From positions 8,331 to 72,330 of the forward strand of contig DATBSO010000071.1 in assembly GCA_036559745.1 (NCBI GenBank): a stretch of 64,000 bases of DNA, written 5' to 3'. Of the stretch, positions 24,329 through 33,977 are shown one piece after another. Source of the DNA: Gemmatimonadales bacterium (GTDB lineage: Bacteria > Gemmatimonadota > Gemmatimonadetes > Gemmatimonadales > GWC2-71-9). Every line of letters starts with the position of its first letter. Position 1 is the first letter of the stretch. Both the position numbers and the translations under genes were made by a program. Below the pieces are notes generated by a model that saw only the letters and a program-made list of their open reading frames with translations, made no database searches and had not been told where the DNA came from.

Positions 24329-25225
24329 CTAGAGGGCCAGGTCGATCGGGATCGGGGGATCGGAAGCATAATCATAAAACCCACGACCGCTCTTCCGGCC
24401 GAAGAGCCCGGCGCCGACCAATCTCCGCAGCAGCGGGGGCGGCGCGTACCGGGGCTCGCGGTACTCCTCGAACATGATCTCCGCGATGCGGGCCGCGGTA
24501 TCGAGCCCGACGAAATCGAGCAGGGTGAGCGGGCCCATCGGGTGTCCGCAGCCGAGTTGCATGCCACGGTCGATGTCGGGAATGGAGGCGACCCCATGCT
24601 CCAGGGCACGGACGGCATCAAGCAGGAAGGGGATAAGCAGCAGGTTGACGATGAAGCCGGATCGGTCGCGGGCGACGATCGCCTCCTTCCCGAGCCGGCG
24701 GGCGAACGTCATCACGCGCTCGAAGCTCTCGCGCGAGGCGGTGACCGGCCGCACCACCTCTACCAGCGGCATGAGGGGCACGGGATTGAAGAAATGAAGG
24801 CCGACGAAGCGGTCGGGTCTGCTCGTGGCGGAGGCCATCGCGCCGATCGGCAGACTCGAGGTATTCGACGCGAAAATCGTCTCTCGGGGGGTGATGGCAT
24901 CGAGCTCGGTCCAGAGACGATTCTTGAGCTCGAGATCCTCGGTGACGGCCTCGATCACGATCCCGCTGTCCGCCAGCTCGGCGAGATCGGTGGTGAAACG
25001 GAGGCGCTCGAGCGCGCCTTCACGCGCCGATGGATCGAGCTTTCCCTTGTCCACCAGCCTGGCGAGTGACTTCTCGATCGCCGCCCTGCCCTTGTCGAGC
25101 AGCTCCGGCGTGATGTCGCGGACCGCCGTGGGGAATCCCGCCGTGGCCGCGGCCTGCGCGATCCCCGACCCCATGAGACCACATCCCAACACACCGACGG
25201 TGGTGATTTCGTTGATCGGCGCCAT
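24329..25225 (-). CDS. hbd: 3-hydroxyacyl/3-hydroxybutyryl-CoA dehydrogenase
   Basis: From the ATG at 25225 the sequence reads MAPINEITTVGVLGCGLMGSGIAQ (NAD Rossmann), then ...HFFNPVPLMPLVEVV... The 507-aa track ORF is an artefactual extension. Confidence 0.88.
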   Translation of the reverse strand: MAPINEITTVGVLGCGLMGSGIAQAAATAGFPTAVRDITPELLDKGRAAIEKSLARLVDKGKLDPSAREGALERLRFTTDLAELADSGIVIEAVTEDLELKNRLWTELDAITPRETIFASNTSSLPIGAMASATSRPDRFVGLHFFNPVPLMPLVEVVRPVTASRESFERVMTFARRLGKEAIVARDRSGFIVNLLLIPFLLDAVRALEHGVASIPDIDRGMQLGCGHPMGPLTLLDFVGLDTAARIAEIMFEEYREPRYAPPPLLRRLVGAGLFGRKSGRGFYDYASDPPIPIDLAL

Positions 25226-25239
25226 TGGGGGGCTCGTGA

Positions 25240-26067
25240 TCAGGAGCGCAGGGACTTGAGCACTTCGTCGGCGAGAAGGCCGAAGACGCCCGGCCGCCTG
25301 CCGGGCAACTGGTGCTCGGGACGAGTGGCTCCATGCTCGAGATGGTCGAGCGCGCGCTCGAGGCCGAGCTGGAGTCGCTGGAGGGCAGCACGGAATCGCC
25401 GCGCTGTGGCGTAACCCGCGACGAGCGCGACAGGCGTGACGGCGATCGCGACCGGCAACAGCGCGCCGAGGACGACGAGGAGACCTGTCCCGGCCACGCC
25501 CCCGGCGGCGATCGCGGCGCCACCGCCTACCAGCTCCGCACGCGCCTTCCGGGCCGTCGCGCTCAGCACGACGTGTGACCGTTCCGTGCCGAGCGGCAAT
25601 ATCGTCGCCGAGACGGTGTCGGCCCGGGAAAGCATGAATGGTGGAAGGCTTCGGATCGCGGCGGTGGAACGGCGAAACGCCGCCGCCATTCCACCCACCG
25701 GCTCCCACACGATCCGCCCGGGCTGCTGCCGCTGCACGCACAGGAGCTCGTTCTTCTCGACCCACCCCAACAACGAGCGTTCGGCCTTCTCGACCGTGCC
25801 GGGGACGGCTCGCTGCGCCATCACCGTGGAAGGTCCGGCGACGCGCTCCCACGGCCCCGAAGGGTCGAGGTCGACGCGCGTCCGTTCCTCCAGCAGCGCC
25901 TGCTGCAGGTAGCGGTCGGGGATGCCGACCTCCCGGCCGAGTGCCAGCACATCGTCGGGCGACAGCGCCTGGCCGATGTCGCGCTCACCCGCCTGGAGCT
26001 CCGCCGCGCGTTGGAGGATTCGTTCGAGCGCCGGACGGTCGATGCCGGCTGGCTTCCCCTCGGCCAT
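25240..26067 (-). CDS. hypothetical membrane protein downstream of the SPFH gene
   Basis: The ATG at 26067 lies 1 nt after the SPFH stop. A soluble N-terminal domain (MAEGKPAGIDRPALERILQRAAELQ...) is followed by Gly/Ala-rich TM helices (GGGAAIAAGGVAGTGLLVVLGALLPVAIAV). I did not recognise the family. Confidence 0.5.
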   Translation of the reverse strand: MAEGKPAGIDRPALERILQRAAELQAGERDIGQALSPDDVLALGREVGIPDRYLQQALLEERTRVDLDPSGPWERVAGPSTVMAQRAVPGTVEKAERSLLGWVEKNELLCVQRQQPGRIVWEPVGGMAAAFRRSTAAIRSLPPFMLSRADTVSATILPLGTERSHVVLSATARKARAELVGGGAAIAAGGVAGTGLLVVLGALLPVAIAVTPVALVAGYATARRFRAALQRLQLGLERALDHLEHGATRPEHQLPGRRPGVFGLLADEVLKSLRS

Positions 26068-26068
26068 A

Positions 26069-26932
26069 CTACTCCTCGCGGCCCGTTTGCGCGGAGCCGA
26101 TCCGGAGCTTCGACATGAGGTCCGCGAGCTCGCCGGACGGAAGCGCCTTGCCCGGGGGGTCGATCTTGTCCGGATCGGGGGGTGAGGCCGGCCTGACGCC
26201 ATGGAGGAACGGCTTGAACAGCTCGATCGGGATGGGGAAGAGCGTCGTGGAGTTGTTTTCCGCGGCGATCTCCGTGACGGTCTGGAGATAGCGCAGCTGG
26301 AGGGCGATCGGCTCGAGCGCGAGAACATGGGCGGCCTGTGTGAGCGCCTCTGACGCCTGCAGCTCGCCCTGGGCCGCGATAACCTTGGCGCGGCGTTCCC
26401 GCTCGGCCTCCGCCTGGCGCGCCATGGCCCGTTTCATCTGATCGGGCAGATCGACGTCCTTCACCTCCACGGCGGAGACCTCGATCCCCCAGGGATCGGT
26501 GCGCTCGTCGATGATCTTCTTGAGCACGCCGTTGATCTTCTCCCGATCCGAGAGCAGCTCGTCGAGCTCCACTTCACCCAGCACCGAGCGCAGCGTCGTT
26601 TGAGCCAGCTGGCTCGTCGCGTACAGGTAGTCTTCGATCTCGATAATGGCCTTGGCCGGATCGGTCACCCGCATGTAGAGGACCGCGTTCACCTTGACGG
26701 AGACGTTGTCCCGGGTGATCACGTCCTGCGGCGGGATGTCCAGCGCCATGATCCGGAGCGAGACCCGCTTCTGCCTCGAGAATCCCGCGGGCAGGAAGAT
26801 GAGACCCGGCCCCTTGGTGCCCCAGTACCGTCCCAGGAAAAACGCGACGCCGCGCTCGTACTGCTGCACGACGCGAAGGCTCAGGAATGAGTAGATGACC
26901 GCGACGGCCACTGCCGGCATCAACAGGTCCAT
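26069..26932 (-). CDS. SPFH/band-7 (stomatin-like) protein
   Basis: From the ATG at 26932 (GAGGGGA SD): [36 protein letters not shown]...[11 protein letters not shown]...[12 protein letters not shown]. Confidence 0.88.
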   Translation of the reverse strand: MDLLMPAVAVAVIYSFLSLRVVQQYERGVAFFLGRYWGTKGPGLIFLPAGFSRQKRVSLRIMALDIPPQDVITRDNVSVKVNAVLYMRVTDPAKAIIEIEDYLYATSQLAQTTLRSVLGEVELDELLSDREKINGVLKKIIDERTDPWGIEVSAVEVKDVDLPDQMKRAMARQAEAERERRAKVIAAQGELQASEALTQAAHVLALEPIALQLRYLQTVTEIAAENNSTTLFPIPIELFKPFLHGVRPASPPDPDKIDPPGKALPSGELADLMSKLRIGSAQTGREE

Positions 26933-26939
26933 GGTCCCC

Positions 26940-28148
26940 TCATTCCTGGAAGGCCTCGACGACGACCGCGGCACCCTGACCGCCGCCGATGCAGGCCGCG
27001 CCCAGACCGTAACGTCCACCGGTGCGCCTGAGTGCGTGGAGCAGATGAAGCGTGATCCTGGCCCCGCTGGCCCCGAGCGGATGCCCGATGGCGACCGCGC
27101 CGCCGTCGACGTTGGTCCGCTCCCGATCGAGGTTCAGCGTCTGTTCGACGGCGAGATACTGCGCCGCGAACGCCTCGTTGATCTCGACCAGATCCATCTG
27201 CGCGAGGGTGAGCCCCGCGGATGCGAGCGCTCGGCGGGATGCAGGCACCGGGCCGATGCCCATGATGGTGGGGTCCACTCCCGCCGTGCCCCACGCGACC
27301 AGCCGACCGATCGGCTCGAGGCCGTGTGATGATGCGAACTCACCGCTCGCCACGACCAGCGCGGCGGCGCCATCGCAGATGCCTGACGCATTGCCGGCGG
27401 TCACCACGCCGTCCTTCCGGAAATACGGCGGCAGCTTGGCGAGGGCCTCGGGCGTCGTGCCGGGGCGCATGTGCTCGTCGGCGGCCCAGAGATCGGTCTG
27501 TCGCGTCTTGCGGTTCTGCACCCCCACCGGAACCACTTCATCCGCGAACACGCCGGCGTCCCATGCCGCCTTGGCCCGCGATTGGCTCAGCGCGGCGAAA
27601 CAGTCCACTGCTTCCCGCGAGATCCGGTTCTGCTCGGCGAGCCGCTCTGCCGTCTCGGCCATCGAGAGTCCGCAGTTGGCGTCGCGCAGGGCCTCCCACA
27701 GCGTGTCCTCGAGCGGAGATGGTGGACCGAGCCGGAGACCCCAGCGCGCCCCACGTACCACGTGCGGAGCCTGGCTCATCGACTCGGTTCCACCGGCGAG
27801 CACCACTTCCGACCCACCCAGCAGAATCTGCTGTCCCGCCTGGATCACCGCCTCGAACCCGGATCCGCAGAGCCGGTTGACGGTGAGCGCGGGGGTCTCG
27901 ATTGGGACACCGGTCTTGAGGCCGATGTGTCGCGCCAGATACGGGGCGTCGGCGGAGGTCTGGAGGACGTTGCCGAACACGACGTGGTCCACCGCGCCCG
28001 GTTCCACCCCCGAGCGGTCGAGGGCCCCGCGGGCCGCGATGCTCCCGAGCTCGGTAGCGGAAAAATCCTTGAGTGCGCCGCCGAACGAGCCGAAACCGGT
28101 ACGCACCCCGGAGAGAAAGACCACGGGGGACGGGCGTGGGGAGGTCAT
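26940..28148 (-). CDS. acetyl-CoA C-acetyltransferase (thiolase II)
   Basis: From the ATG at 28148: ...[15 protein letters not shown]..., active-site region [11 protein letters not shown], and C-terminal [16 protein letters not shown]...ACIGGGQG. Confidence 0.9.
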   Translation of the reverse strand: MTSPRPSPVVFLSGVRTGFGSFGGALKDFSATELGSIAARGALDRSGVEPGAVDHVVFGNVLQTSADAPYLARHIGLKTGVPIETPALTVNRLCGSGFEAVIQAGQQILLGGSEVVLAGGTESMSQAPHVVRGARWGLRLGPPSPLEDTLWEALRDANCGLSMAETAERLAEQNRISREAVDCFAALSQSRAKAAWDAGVFADEVVPVGVQNRKTRQTDLWAADEHMRPGTTPEALAKLPPYFRKDGVVTAGNASGICDGAAALVVASGEFASSHGLEPIGRLVAWGTAGVDPTIMGIGPVPASRRALASAGLTLAQMDLVEINEAFAAQYLAVEQTLNLDRERTNVDGGAVAIGHPLGASGARITLHLLHALRRTGGRYGLGAACIGGGQGAAVVVEAFQE

Positions 28149-28162
28149 CTCCGAAACATAAG

Positions 28163-29419
28163 TCAGATGACCGTACCGTTCGGCACGACCCCGTTCTTGG
28201 GGATGATGACGATCCCGTCCCGGACGTAGTAGTTGGGGCCGTCGAAGTCCGCCGGCTTCCCATCGGGGGAAATGCGGACGTCGTCGCCGATCCGGGCGTT
28301 CTTGTCCACGATCGTCCCCTCGATCCAGGCGCCGTGACCGATGCCCATCGGTGGGGCTCCGAGCGGGCCGAAGCGGTCCGGCGTCTCGTAGAAGTCGAGC
28401 CCCATCACGAGCGCATTTCGAATCGTCGCGCCCGATTCGATCCGGCTCCGGACGCCCAGGAGCGAGTGCTCGATGTCGGCGTCGTTGATGATGCATCCGT
28501 CGGCGATGACCGAGCGCTCCACCCGGCTCTTGATGATCTTCGTGGCCGGCAGAAATCGGGCGTGGGTGAAGATGGGCATGGTGGCATCGTAGAAATTGAA
28601 CCGAGGCAACGGCTCACAGAGATCGAGGTTCGCCTCGTAAAACGAGCGGATGGTTCCGATGTCCTCCCAGTACCCGCGGTGACGGAAGGCGTACACCCGC
28701 CGCTCTTCGATCAACCTCGGGATCACGTGCTTGCCGAAATCGGCCTCGTTGCTGAGCAGCGCGTCGGTGAGCACGTCGCGGTCGAAGACGTAGATGCCCA
28801 TCGACGCGGGGAGGTCGTCCGGGTGGCCGCGGAGCGACGCCAGCACAGCCGGATCCTTGGGCTTCTCCACGAAGCGGGTGATTCTCCCGTCGTCCGCCAC
28901 CTCCATGATGCCGAACGCCTTGGCCGCCTCCGCCCGGACGGGGGTCGTGGCCACCGTCACCTCGGCCCCGGTGGCGACGTGCTGCTCGATGACGCCACGG
29001 AAGTCCATCTGGTAGAGCTGGTCGCCGGAGAGAATCAGGACCAGGCGGTGGGGATAGGAATCGAGATGCATCAGGTTCTGCCGTACGGCGTCCGCCGTGC
29101 CCTGGTACCAGTCCATCCGTCCCGGGCGTTGCTCCGCGGCCAGGATCTCGACGAATCCGGGCTGGAATGTGTCGAAGCGGTAACTCTCCTGGATGTGGCG
29201 GTGCAGCGAGCCGCTGTTGAACTGAGTGAGCAGGAAGATCCGGCGCAGGTCGGAGTTGAGGCAGTTGCTGATCGGGATGTCCACCAGACGGTACTTCCCC
29301 GCGAGGGGCACGGCCGGCTTGGAGCGGTCCTTCGTCAGCGGGAAGAGTCGCGTGCCCGCGCCGCCCCCCATGATCACGGCGACGACATCGTGGGGACGAA
29401 CGGAGATGTTCCAGGACAC
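28163..29419 (-). CDS. glgC: glucose-1-phosphate adenylyltransferase
   Basis: VVAVIMGGGAGTRLFPLTKDRSKPAVPLAGKYRLVDIPISNCLNS is the classic GlgC N-terminus. A left-handed beta-helix C-terminus follows. Confidence 0.92.
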   Translation of the reverse strand: MSWNISVRPHDVVAVIMGGGAGTRLFPLTKDRSKPAVPLAGKYRLVDIPISNCLNSDLRRIFLLTQFNSGSLHRHIQESYRFDTFQPGFVEILAAEQRPGRMDWYQGTADAVRQNLMHLDSYPHRLVLILSGDQLYQMDFRGVIEQHVATGAEVTVATTPVRAEAAKAFGIMEVADDGRITRFVEKPKDPAVLASLRGHPDDLPASMGIYVFDRDVLTDALLSNEADFGKHVIPRLIEERRVYAFRHRGYWEDIGTIRSFYEANLDLCEPLPRFNFYDATMPIFTHARFLPATKIIKSRVERSVIADGCIINDADIEHSLLGVRSRIESGATIRNALVMGLDFYETPDRFGPLGAPPMGIGHGAWIEGTIVDKNARIGDDVRISPDGKPADFDGPNYYVRDGIVIIPKNGVVPNGTVI

Positions 29420-29473
29420 GGGGGGATCCGGGGTGGCGGGTACCTGTAAGGATAACGCTGGGGCGGGGACCGG

Positions 29474-30145
29474 CTAGCGCCCCCCCAGCGCCCGGCCACA
29501 GTTGACGCAATGACGCCATCCCGCCTCGACGTCAGCGTGGCAGTGAGGGCACACCAGGGCCACCTGGCTCTGGCCGCAGTGGGGACAGAAGTTGAGCGGC
29601 CGATCCGGCAGGCTGCCGCCGCAATACACGCACTGCGACCCGGTCATCTCCTCGGCCGGTATGCAGTCATCATCGGCGATCTCGTCCTCCGGGATCGCCT
29701 CCGGCTCCTCGGTAGGCGCCGGGGCGCGAAGCGAGATGGCCGGCGGCTCGAACGACGGTGCACCCGGCTCGAACATCTGAGTCTGCGCCTCGTAGGCTGA
29801 GGTCTGAAGCGCCAGTGTCACCCGCTCCGGCCGAAGCGTCACCGTGACGTCCTCGAAGCGGTAAACGATTTCCAGGTCGGGGTTGGAGCTCCCCGCCTCG
29901 GCTTCGAACTTCAGCCTGACCTCTTCCGGCTCGGTCCAGAGGTAGTCGCCCTCGCCCGCACAGAGACGCAGGAGCACCATCTCATATTCTTCGCTGGTGT
30001 CGACCTGGAGTACCCGGCGGTTGGTGCGGTACGGAACGATCGAGAAGGGGATCTCGGCCAACGGCACCGGATGGCGCAAGCGGCCGGGGTCGATTGCTGC
30101 CAGATTCAATACGATCCGGCGGAAGAAGCGCTCCAGTTCGGTCAC
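29474..30145 (-). CDS. hypothetical protein with C-terminal double zinc-ribbon
   Basis: The C-terminus is CVYCGGSLPDRPLNFCPHCGQSQVALVCPHCHADVEAGWRHCVNCGRAL, with four CxxC pairs. I did not recognise the N-terminal ~130 aa. Confidence 0.6.
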   Translation of the reverse strand: MTELERFFRRIVLNLAAIDPGRLRHPVPLAEIPFSIVPYRTNRRVLQVDTSEEYEMVLLRLCAGEGDYLWTEPEEVRLKFEAEAGSSNPDLEIVYRFEDVTVTLRPERVTLALQTSAYEAQTQMFEPGAPSFEPPAISLRAPAPTEEPEAIPEDEIADDDCIPAEEMTGSQCVYCGGSLPDRPLNFCPHCGQSQVALVCPHCHADVEAGWRHCVNCGRALGGR

Positions 30146-30219
30146 CGAACTCCTCGTAGTTGGTGCGGCCGGTGAGGCAGGTTAGAAGTCGTCTCCGACA
30201 GTGTCAAGGAAGCGTCTCC

Positions 30220-31074
30220 ATGCGCATTGCTCCTGCCCTCGTCAGCGTCTCGCTGCTCGTCCGCACCGGTGTCGCTGCCGCTCAGGGAACCTGTACGCCA
30301 CCCACCAACTCGAACGAAGCACAGTTGCTGGCCGCATACTCCGCCCCGATCGCCTACGCCTTCACGGGCGGCGCGGAGCCGCTCTCGCCGGGCGGCGTGC
30401 GGTTGACCCTCGAAGGCACCTATCTGCCGGACATCGCCGACGACATACGGATCGCGACGGTCTGCCGGCCCGGCAAGGGCCCCGAGAATACCAACTTCCT
30501 CTTCGCGTATCCGCGGCCACGGGTGGCCGTGGGCCTCCCTGGCGGGTTCGTCTTCGAGGCCAGCTGGATTCCCCCTGTCAGGCTCGCGGAGGTGAAGACC
30601 AATCTGGTAGGGCTGTCACTGGACCGGGGTATTCCGGTCGGTACGGAAGGGACTCGGGTCCTGCTCAGGGCTCATGCGACGTTCGGCGTCGTCCGCGCGC
30701 CCGTGACGTGCGACGACGAGGACCTGGCCGACGTGTCCTCGGAATGCTTTCAGGGCACCAAGTCCGACGACCACTACCATCCGAACATCTTCGGGATAGA
30801 GGGAATTCTGGCCTGGTCGCTCGGGGGTGGCCGCGTCAGGCCGTACATAGGTGGGGGCGCCAACGTGATCCACCCACGCTTCCAGGTGGACTTCACGAAC
30901 CGCTTCGGCGACGTCGACTCCACCAAGGTCGAAGTGGACATGACCCGGGGCGCGTTGTTTGCCGGCGCGACGTGGGCCGCGGCAGCGAGGCTGGGCCTGA
31001 GCGGGGAGATCTACGCGGTCCCCGGCGACGCCGTCACCGGCCGGGTTGCCCTGAGCTACCTGCTGCGGCCCTGA
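30220..31074 (+). CDS. secreted hypothetical protein (possibly outer-membrane beta-barrel)
   Basis: The ATG at 30220 gives the signal MRIAPALVSVSLLVRTGVAAAQG. Alternating hydrophobic beta-strand-like patterns follow. No family recognised. Confidence 0.5.
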   Translation: MRIAPALVSVSLLVRTGVAAAQGTCTPPTNSNEAQLLAAYSAPIAYAFTGGAEPLSPGGVRLTLEGTYLPDIADDIRIATVCRPGKGPENTNFLFAYPRPRVAVGLPGGFVFEASWIPPVRLAEVKTNLVGLSLDRGIPVGTEGTRVLLRAHATFGVVRAPVTCDDEDLADVSSECFQGTKSDDHYHPNIFGIEGILAWSLGGGRVRPYIGGGANVIHPRFQVDFTNRFGDVDSTKVEVDMTRGALFAGATWAAAARLGLSGEIYAVPGDAVTGRVALSYLLRP

Positions 31075-31088
31075 AGCCAGCTTGGCCA

Positions 31089-31718
31089 CTACTCCTCGCT
31101 CGCCAGGGCGAAGCTTTCACCCGCCGCGACCCGACTCTCCAGCGCCGCGAACTCGGCATCCGGGTCGTAGGTGGCGAACTTGCCCTTGCCGCGCTGGTCC
31201 TGGAACCAGGCGTCGAATCCGGACTCGACGATCCCGTCGGAGGTAAGCCGTTCCCGCGCGGCGGTCACGGCGAGGTGGTCGGCGTAGATGTTCTTGGGAT
31301 GATCCTGATGGCCCCGTACCCAGGTCCACTGCACGTCCTCATGGAGCCGCGCCGACTTCACGAGCGCCTGCCACAGCTCCAGGTTTTCGATGGGGCCCTC
31401 TTTCCGCTTCCATCCCCGCCCGATCCACCCCGGTACCCACTCTCGCATGCCCTTCACCAGATACTGGGAGTCGGACACGGCGAGGACGTGGAGCCGTGCG
31501 CCTTTCCGCGAGAGGAGCTGAAGCGCAGCGATGGCTCCGCTCAACGCCATCCGATTGTTGGTCGTCGCGGGGGCGCTGATGTAGAAGTCCCGGCGATGGA
31601 TCTTTCGGCTCCCGCTTCTCGCCTCGATGAGGCCACCGCCGCCCCCGGGGTTCTCGCCCTCGCGGCCGTTACCGAGGCAGCTTTCGTCGAGGTGCAGGAT
31701 CGCGATCCCGCCGCTCAA
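31089..31718 (-). CDS. rnhA: ribonuclease HI with C-terminal extension
   Basis: The pattern is ILHLDESCLGNG...NNRMALSGAIAALQLL...VSDSQYLV...W..RGWK...NLELWQAL...VQWTWVRGHQDHPKNIYADHLA. The TTG start is taken from the track. Confidence 0.85.
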   Translation of the reverse strand: MSGGIAILHLDESCLGNGREGENPGGGGGLIEARSGSRKIHRRDFYISAPATTNNRMALSGAIAALQLLSRKGARLHVLAVSDSQYLVKGMREWVPGWIGRGWKRKEGPIENLELWQALVKSARLHEDVQWTWVRGHQDHPKNIYADHLAVTAARERLTSDGIVESGFDAWFQDQRGKGKFATYDPDAEFAALESRVAAGESFALASEE

Positions 31719-31809
31719 CGGACCGCGCTTTCTTCGAGCTCGTCCATCCGCTCCACGATCCGCCCCATGGGCTGCTCCGGTGTGATGGAACGCTGTCGCG
31801 AGAGCCGGC

Positions 31810-32034
31810 CTACTCGAGCACCTGCATCGCGTCGATCTCGTCCAGAATGAAGGTGAGCTCTTCGCCGGTCATCGGCAGGCGCCCCACCAGTGCCTCATGA
31901 TTTCCCGCGGACGTCAGACGCAGGGCCACGACGATGAATTCGGTCCCCCGCCGCATGAGCGCCACCCGGCGCCCATTGCGTGCTGCATGCTCGAGCTGAT
32001 CCATCCGTTGCGCGGTCCAGCGGAGGCGTGACAT
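31810..32034 (-). CDS. small hypothetical protein (74 aa)
   Basis: An ORF with protein-like composition lies between selD and rnhA on the same strand, 9 nt after the selD stop. No family recognised. Confidence 0.4.
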   Translation of the reverse strand: MSRLRWTAQRMDQLEHAARNGRRVALMRRGTEFIVVALRLTSAGNHEALVGRLPMTGEELTFILDEIDAMQVLE

Positions 32035-32043
32035 GGGGGAATA

Positions 32044-33093
32044 CTACAGCGATCGGACGACGCGGATCTGTCCCGTCGGTCCCGGCGTCAGGCGGCCGAT
32101 CGTCACCGCGGCGGGCGTCGCTTCCGCCTGAAGCGCCTGGAGCAGCGCGGCCTCGTTTTCGGGAGGCACCGCAAGGAGAAGCCCACCCGAGGTCTGGGCG
32201 TCCACGCAGAGGAGCCGGTCGGTCGGGGAAAGGTCCTCGGCCCACTCGACGTCCCCGGCCGCCTCCAGGTTCCGGCTGGTTCCTCCCGGCACGATGCCGC
32301 GGCCGGCGAGGTTCCGGGCGTGATCGAGCACCGGCAGCGCGTCGAAGGCGATCTCCGCTCCCACGCGGCTGGCCGCCAGCATATGTCCCAGATGGCCGAG
32401 CAGACCGAACCCCGTGACATCCGTAGCCGCGCTCACGCCGACCGCGAGCGCCGCGCGGGCCGCACCGTCGTTGAGGGTCGTCATCGAGCGCACCGCCTCC
32501 GCCAGACCCGCTTCGAGAAGGGCATCCCGCTTGAGCGCCGTGGTGAGAATGCCGGTACCGAGCGGCTTGGTGAGGACGAGACGGTCGCCGGCGCAGGCGC
32601 CGCCGTTGGTCAGCATTCGGTCGGGATGGACGTCGCCGATCACGCACATGCCGAAAAGCGGCTCCAGTGAGTCGATCGAGTGGCCGCCGACGATGAGGCA
32701 CTTCGCCCGGTCGGCCACCTCCGCGGCACCGCGGAGCACCTCTCCGAGGAGCTCGAACGGCGCCTTCGACCGCGGCCAACCGACCAGGTTGAGTGCGAAG
32801 AGTGGTGTCCCGCCCATCGCGTAAACGTCGCTCAGGGCGTTGGTCGCCGCGATCGCGCCCCACGTCGCGGGATCGTCCACGATCGGCGTGAAGAAGTCCA
32901 CCGTGGCCACCAGGGCTCGCGTCTCCGTCAGCCGGAAGACCGCGGCGTCGTCCCTGGTAGCCGAGTCCACCAGTACCCGCGCGTCGCTCACGCCGGGGAC
33001 ATGGCGCAGCACCTCGGCAAGCTCCAGCATGCCGAGCTTGCAGGCGCAGCCGGCCCCGTGCGACAGCGCGGTCAGGCGAAAGCGCTCGGTCAC
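32044..33093 (-). CDS. selD: selenide, water dikinase (selenophosphate synthetase), Cys-type
   Basis: From the GTG at 33093 (GGGAAGAGAG upstream; GTGA overlap with the upstream stop): VTERFRLTALSHGAGCACKLG..., followed by AIR-synthase-like domains. The 574-aa track ORF is an artefactual extension. Confidence 0.88.
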   Translation of the reverse strand: MTERFRLTALSHGAGCACKLGMLELAEVLRHVPGVSDARVLVDSATRDDAAVFRLTETRALVATVDFFTPIVDDPATWGAIAATNALSDVYAMGGTPLFALNLVGWPRSKAPFELLGEVLRGAAEVADRAKCLIVGGHSIDSLEPLFGMCVIGDVHPDRMLTNGGACAGDRLVLTKPLGTGILTTALKRDALLEAGLAEAVRSMTTLNDGAARAALAVGVSAATDVTGFGLLGHLGHMLAASRVGAEIAFDALPVLDHARNLAGRGIVPGGTSRNLEAAGDVEWAEDLSPTDRLLCVDAQTSGGLLLAVPPENEAALLQALQAEATPAAVTIGRLTPGPTGQIRVVRSL

Positions 33094-33977
33094 GGTGACT
33101 CTCTTCCCCAGAGTTGCGCCCGCAGCCCGATCAGCGCGCGCTCCTGCTGTGCCATGCCCCCGAATGTGCCGTCCGCGCGCTGGCGCGCGGCCAGGGCGGG
33201 CGCTGCCCGGGCCACGGCCGCTCGCGCATCCGGCAACCCGGTTGCCATCAGCGCCTCGAGGGTATGGAAGAGATCGGCGCTGGGCCAGTCCCCCGACTCG
33301 ACCTGGTTCGCGATCACCAATGCAACGAGGGAGGCGACCACCGGCTGCTGCGCCGGACCGGCCTGCGCGAGCGCGTGAAGACCGGCCACGACCGTGTCCG
33401 GCGCAAAGAAGCCGCTCCAGGTATTCCAGCCGGCGGCGAGCGTGGCGAGGCTCCGAATGTGGCGGTCGACGAGGGGCCGGTCCGCCCCGCCGGTACGGAG
33501 CGCGGCGCGAAGCGCGAGGCAGCTCAAGGCGAAGCGGGCGGCGGGCTCCGCCCGAAACACCTTGCCGTTCGGAAATGTCAGCGGCGCCAGCCGCACACCC
33601 TGCGGTCCCGGCGAGAAGAATCCCTGGATATAGTGCTCGCATGCCCGCTTGGCGTGGCGCTCCTTGTCGCATCCCTCCCCGAACGCGCCAGGCAAGCCTT
33701 GCAGCGCGAGCACCCACCGCATCAGAGCCCTGATCGACGGGTCGTTTTCTCGGCGACCCAGATCGCACAGCTCGTGTATTCGCCAGATCGTCGGTAACGC
33801 CGCGCCACCGACGCTGCCGTCGGGGCGAATCCCGGCCTCCAGCTGGGCCACGAGCGCCTGCCGCAGCTCGGTATCCCCGGGACTCTCGGCCCCCAGCGCG
33901 GCACGGGCGAGCAGCGCCGGCCGCGTGCGCTCGACCCCGAAAAAGAGCGCGAGCCGGTCGCGCGTGGACGACGTCAC
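33090..33977 (-). CDS. hypothetical protein with prenyltransferase/terpene-cyclase-like repeats (tentative), coupled to selD
   Basis: The GTG start overlaps the amidohydrolase stop (GTGA) and the stop overlaps the selD start (GTGA). It contains DGSVGG and DGTFGG motifs and a GEGCDKERHAKRACEHY Cys/His cluster. The fold call is only pattern recognition. Confidence 0.5.
   Translation of the reverse strand: MTSSTRDRLALFFGVERTRPALLARAALGAESPGDTELRQALVAQLEAGIRPDGSVGGAALPTIWRIHELCDLGRRENDPSIRALMRWVLALQGLPGAFGEGCDKERHAKRACEHYIQGFFSPGPQGVRLAPLTFPNGKVFRAEPAARFALSCLALRAALRTGGADRPLVDRHIRSLATLAAGWNTWSGFFAPDTVVAGLHALAQAGPAQQPVVASLVALVIANQVESGDWPSADLFHTLEALMATGLPDARAAVARAAPALAARQRADGTFGGMAQQERALIGLRAQLWGRESP

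Noticed and set aside
28073-29449. 458-aa plus-strand ORF
   Set aside because: It is antisense to glgC, which carries the classic GGGAGTRLFPLT motif.
31719-31772. 17-codon micro-ORF (MGRIVERMDELEESAVR) whose TGA overlaps the TTG start of rnhA
   Set aside because: It is too short and has no SD sequence or conservation evidence. It is probably a chance ORF.
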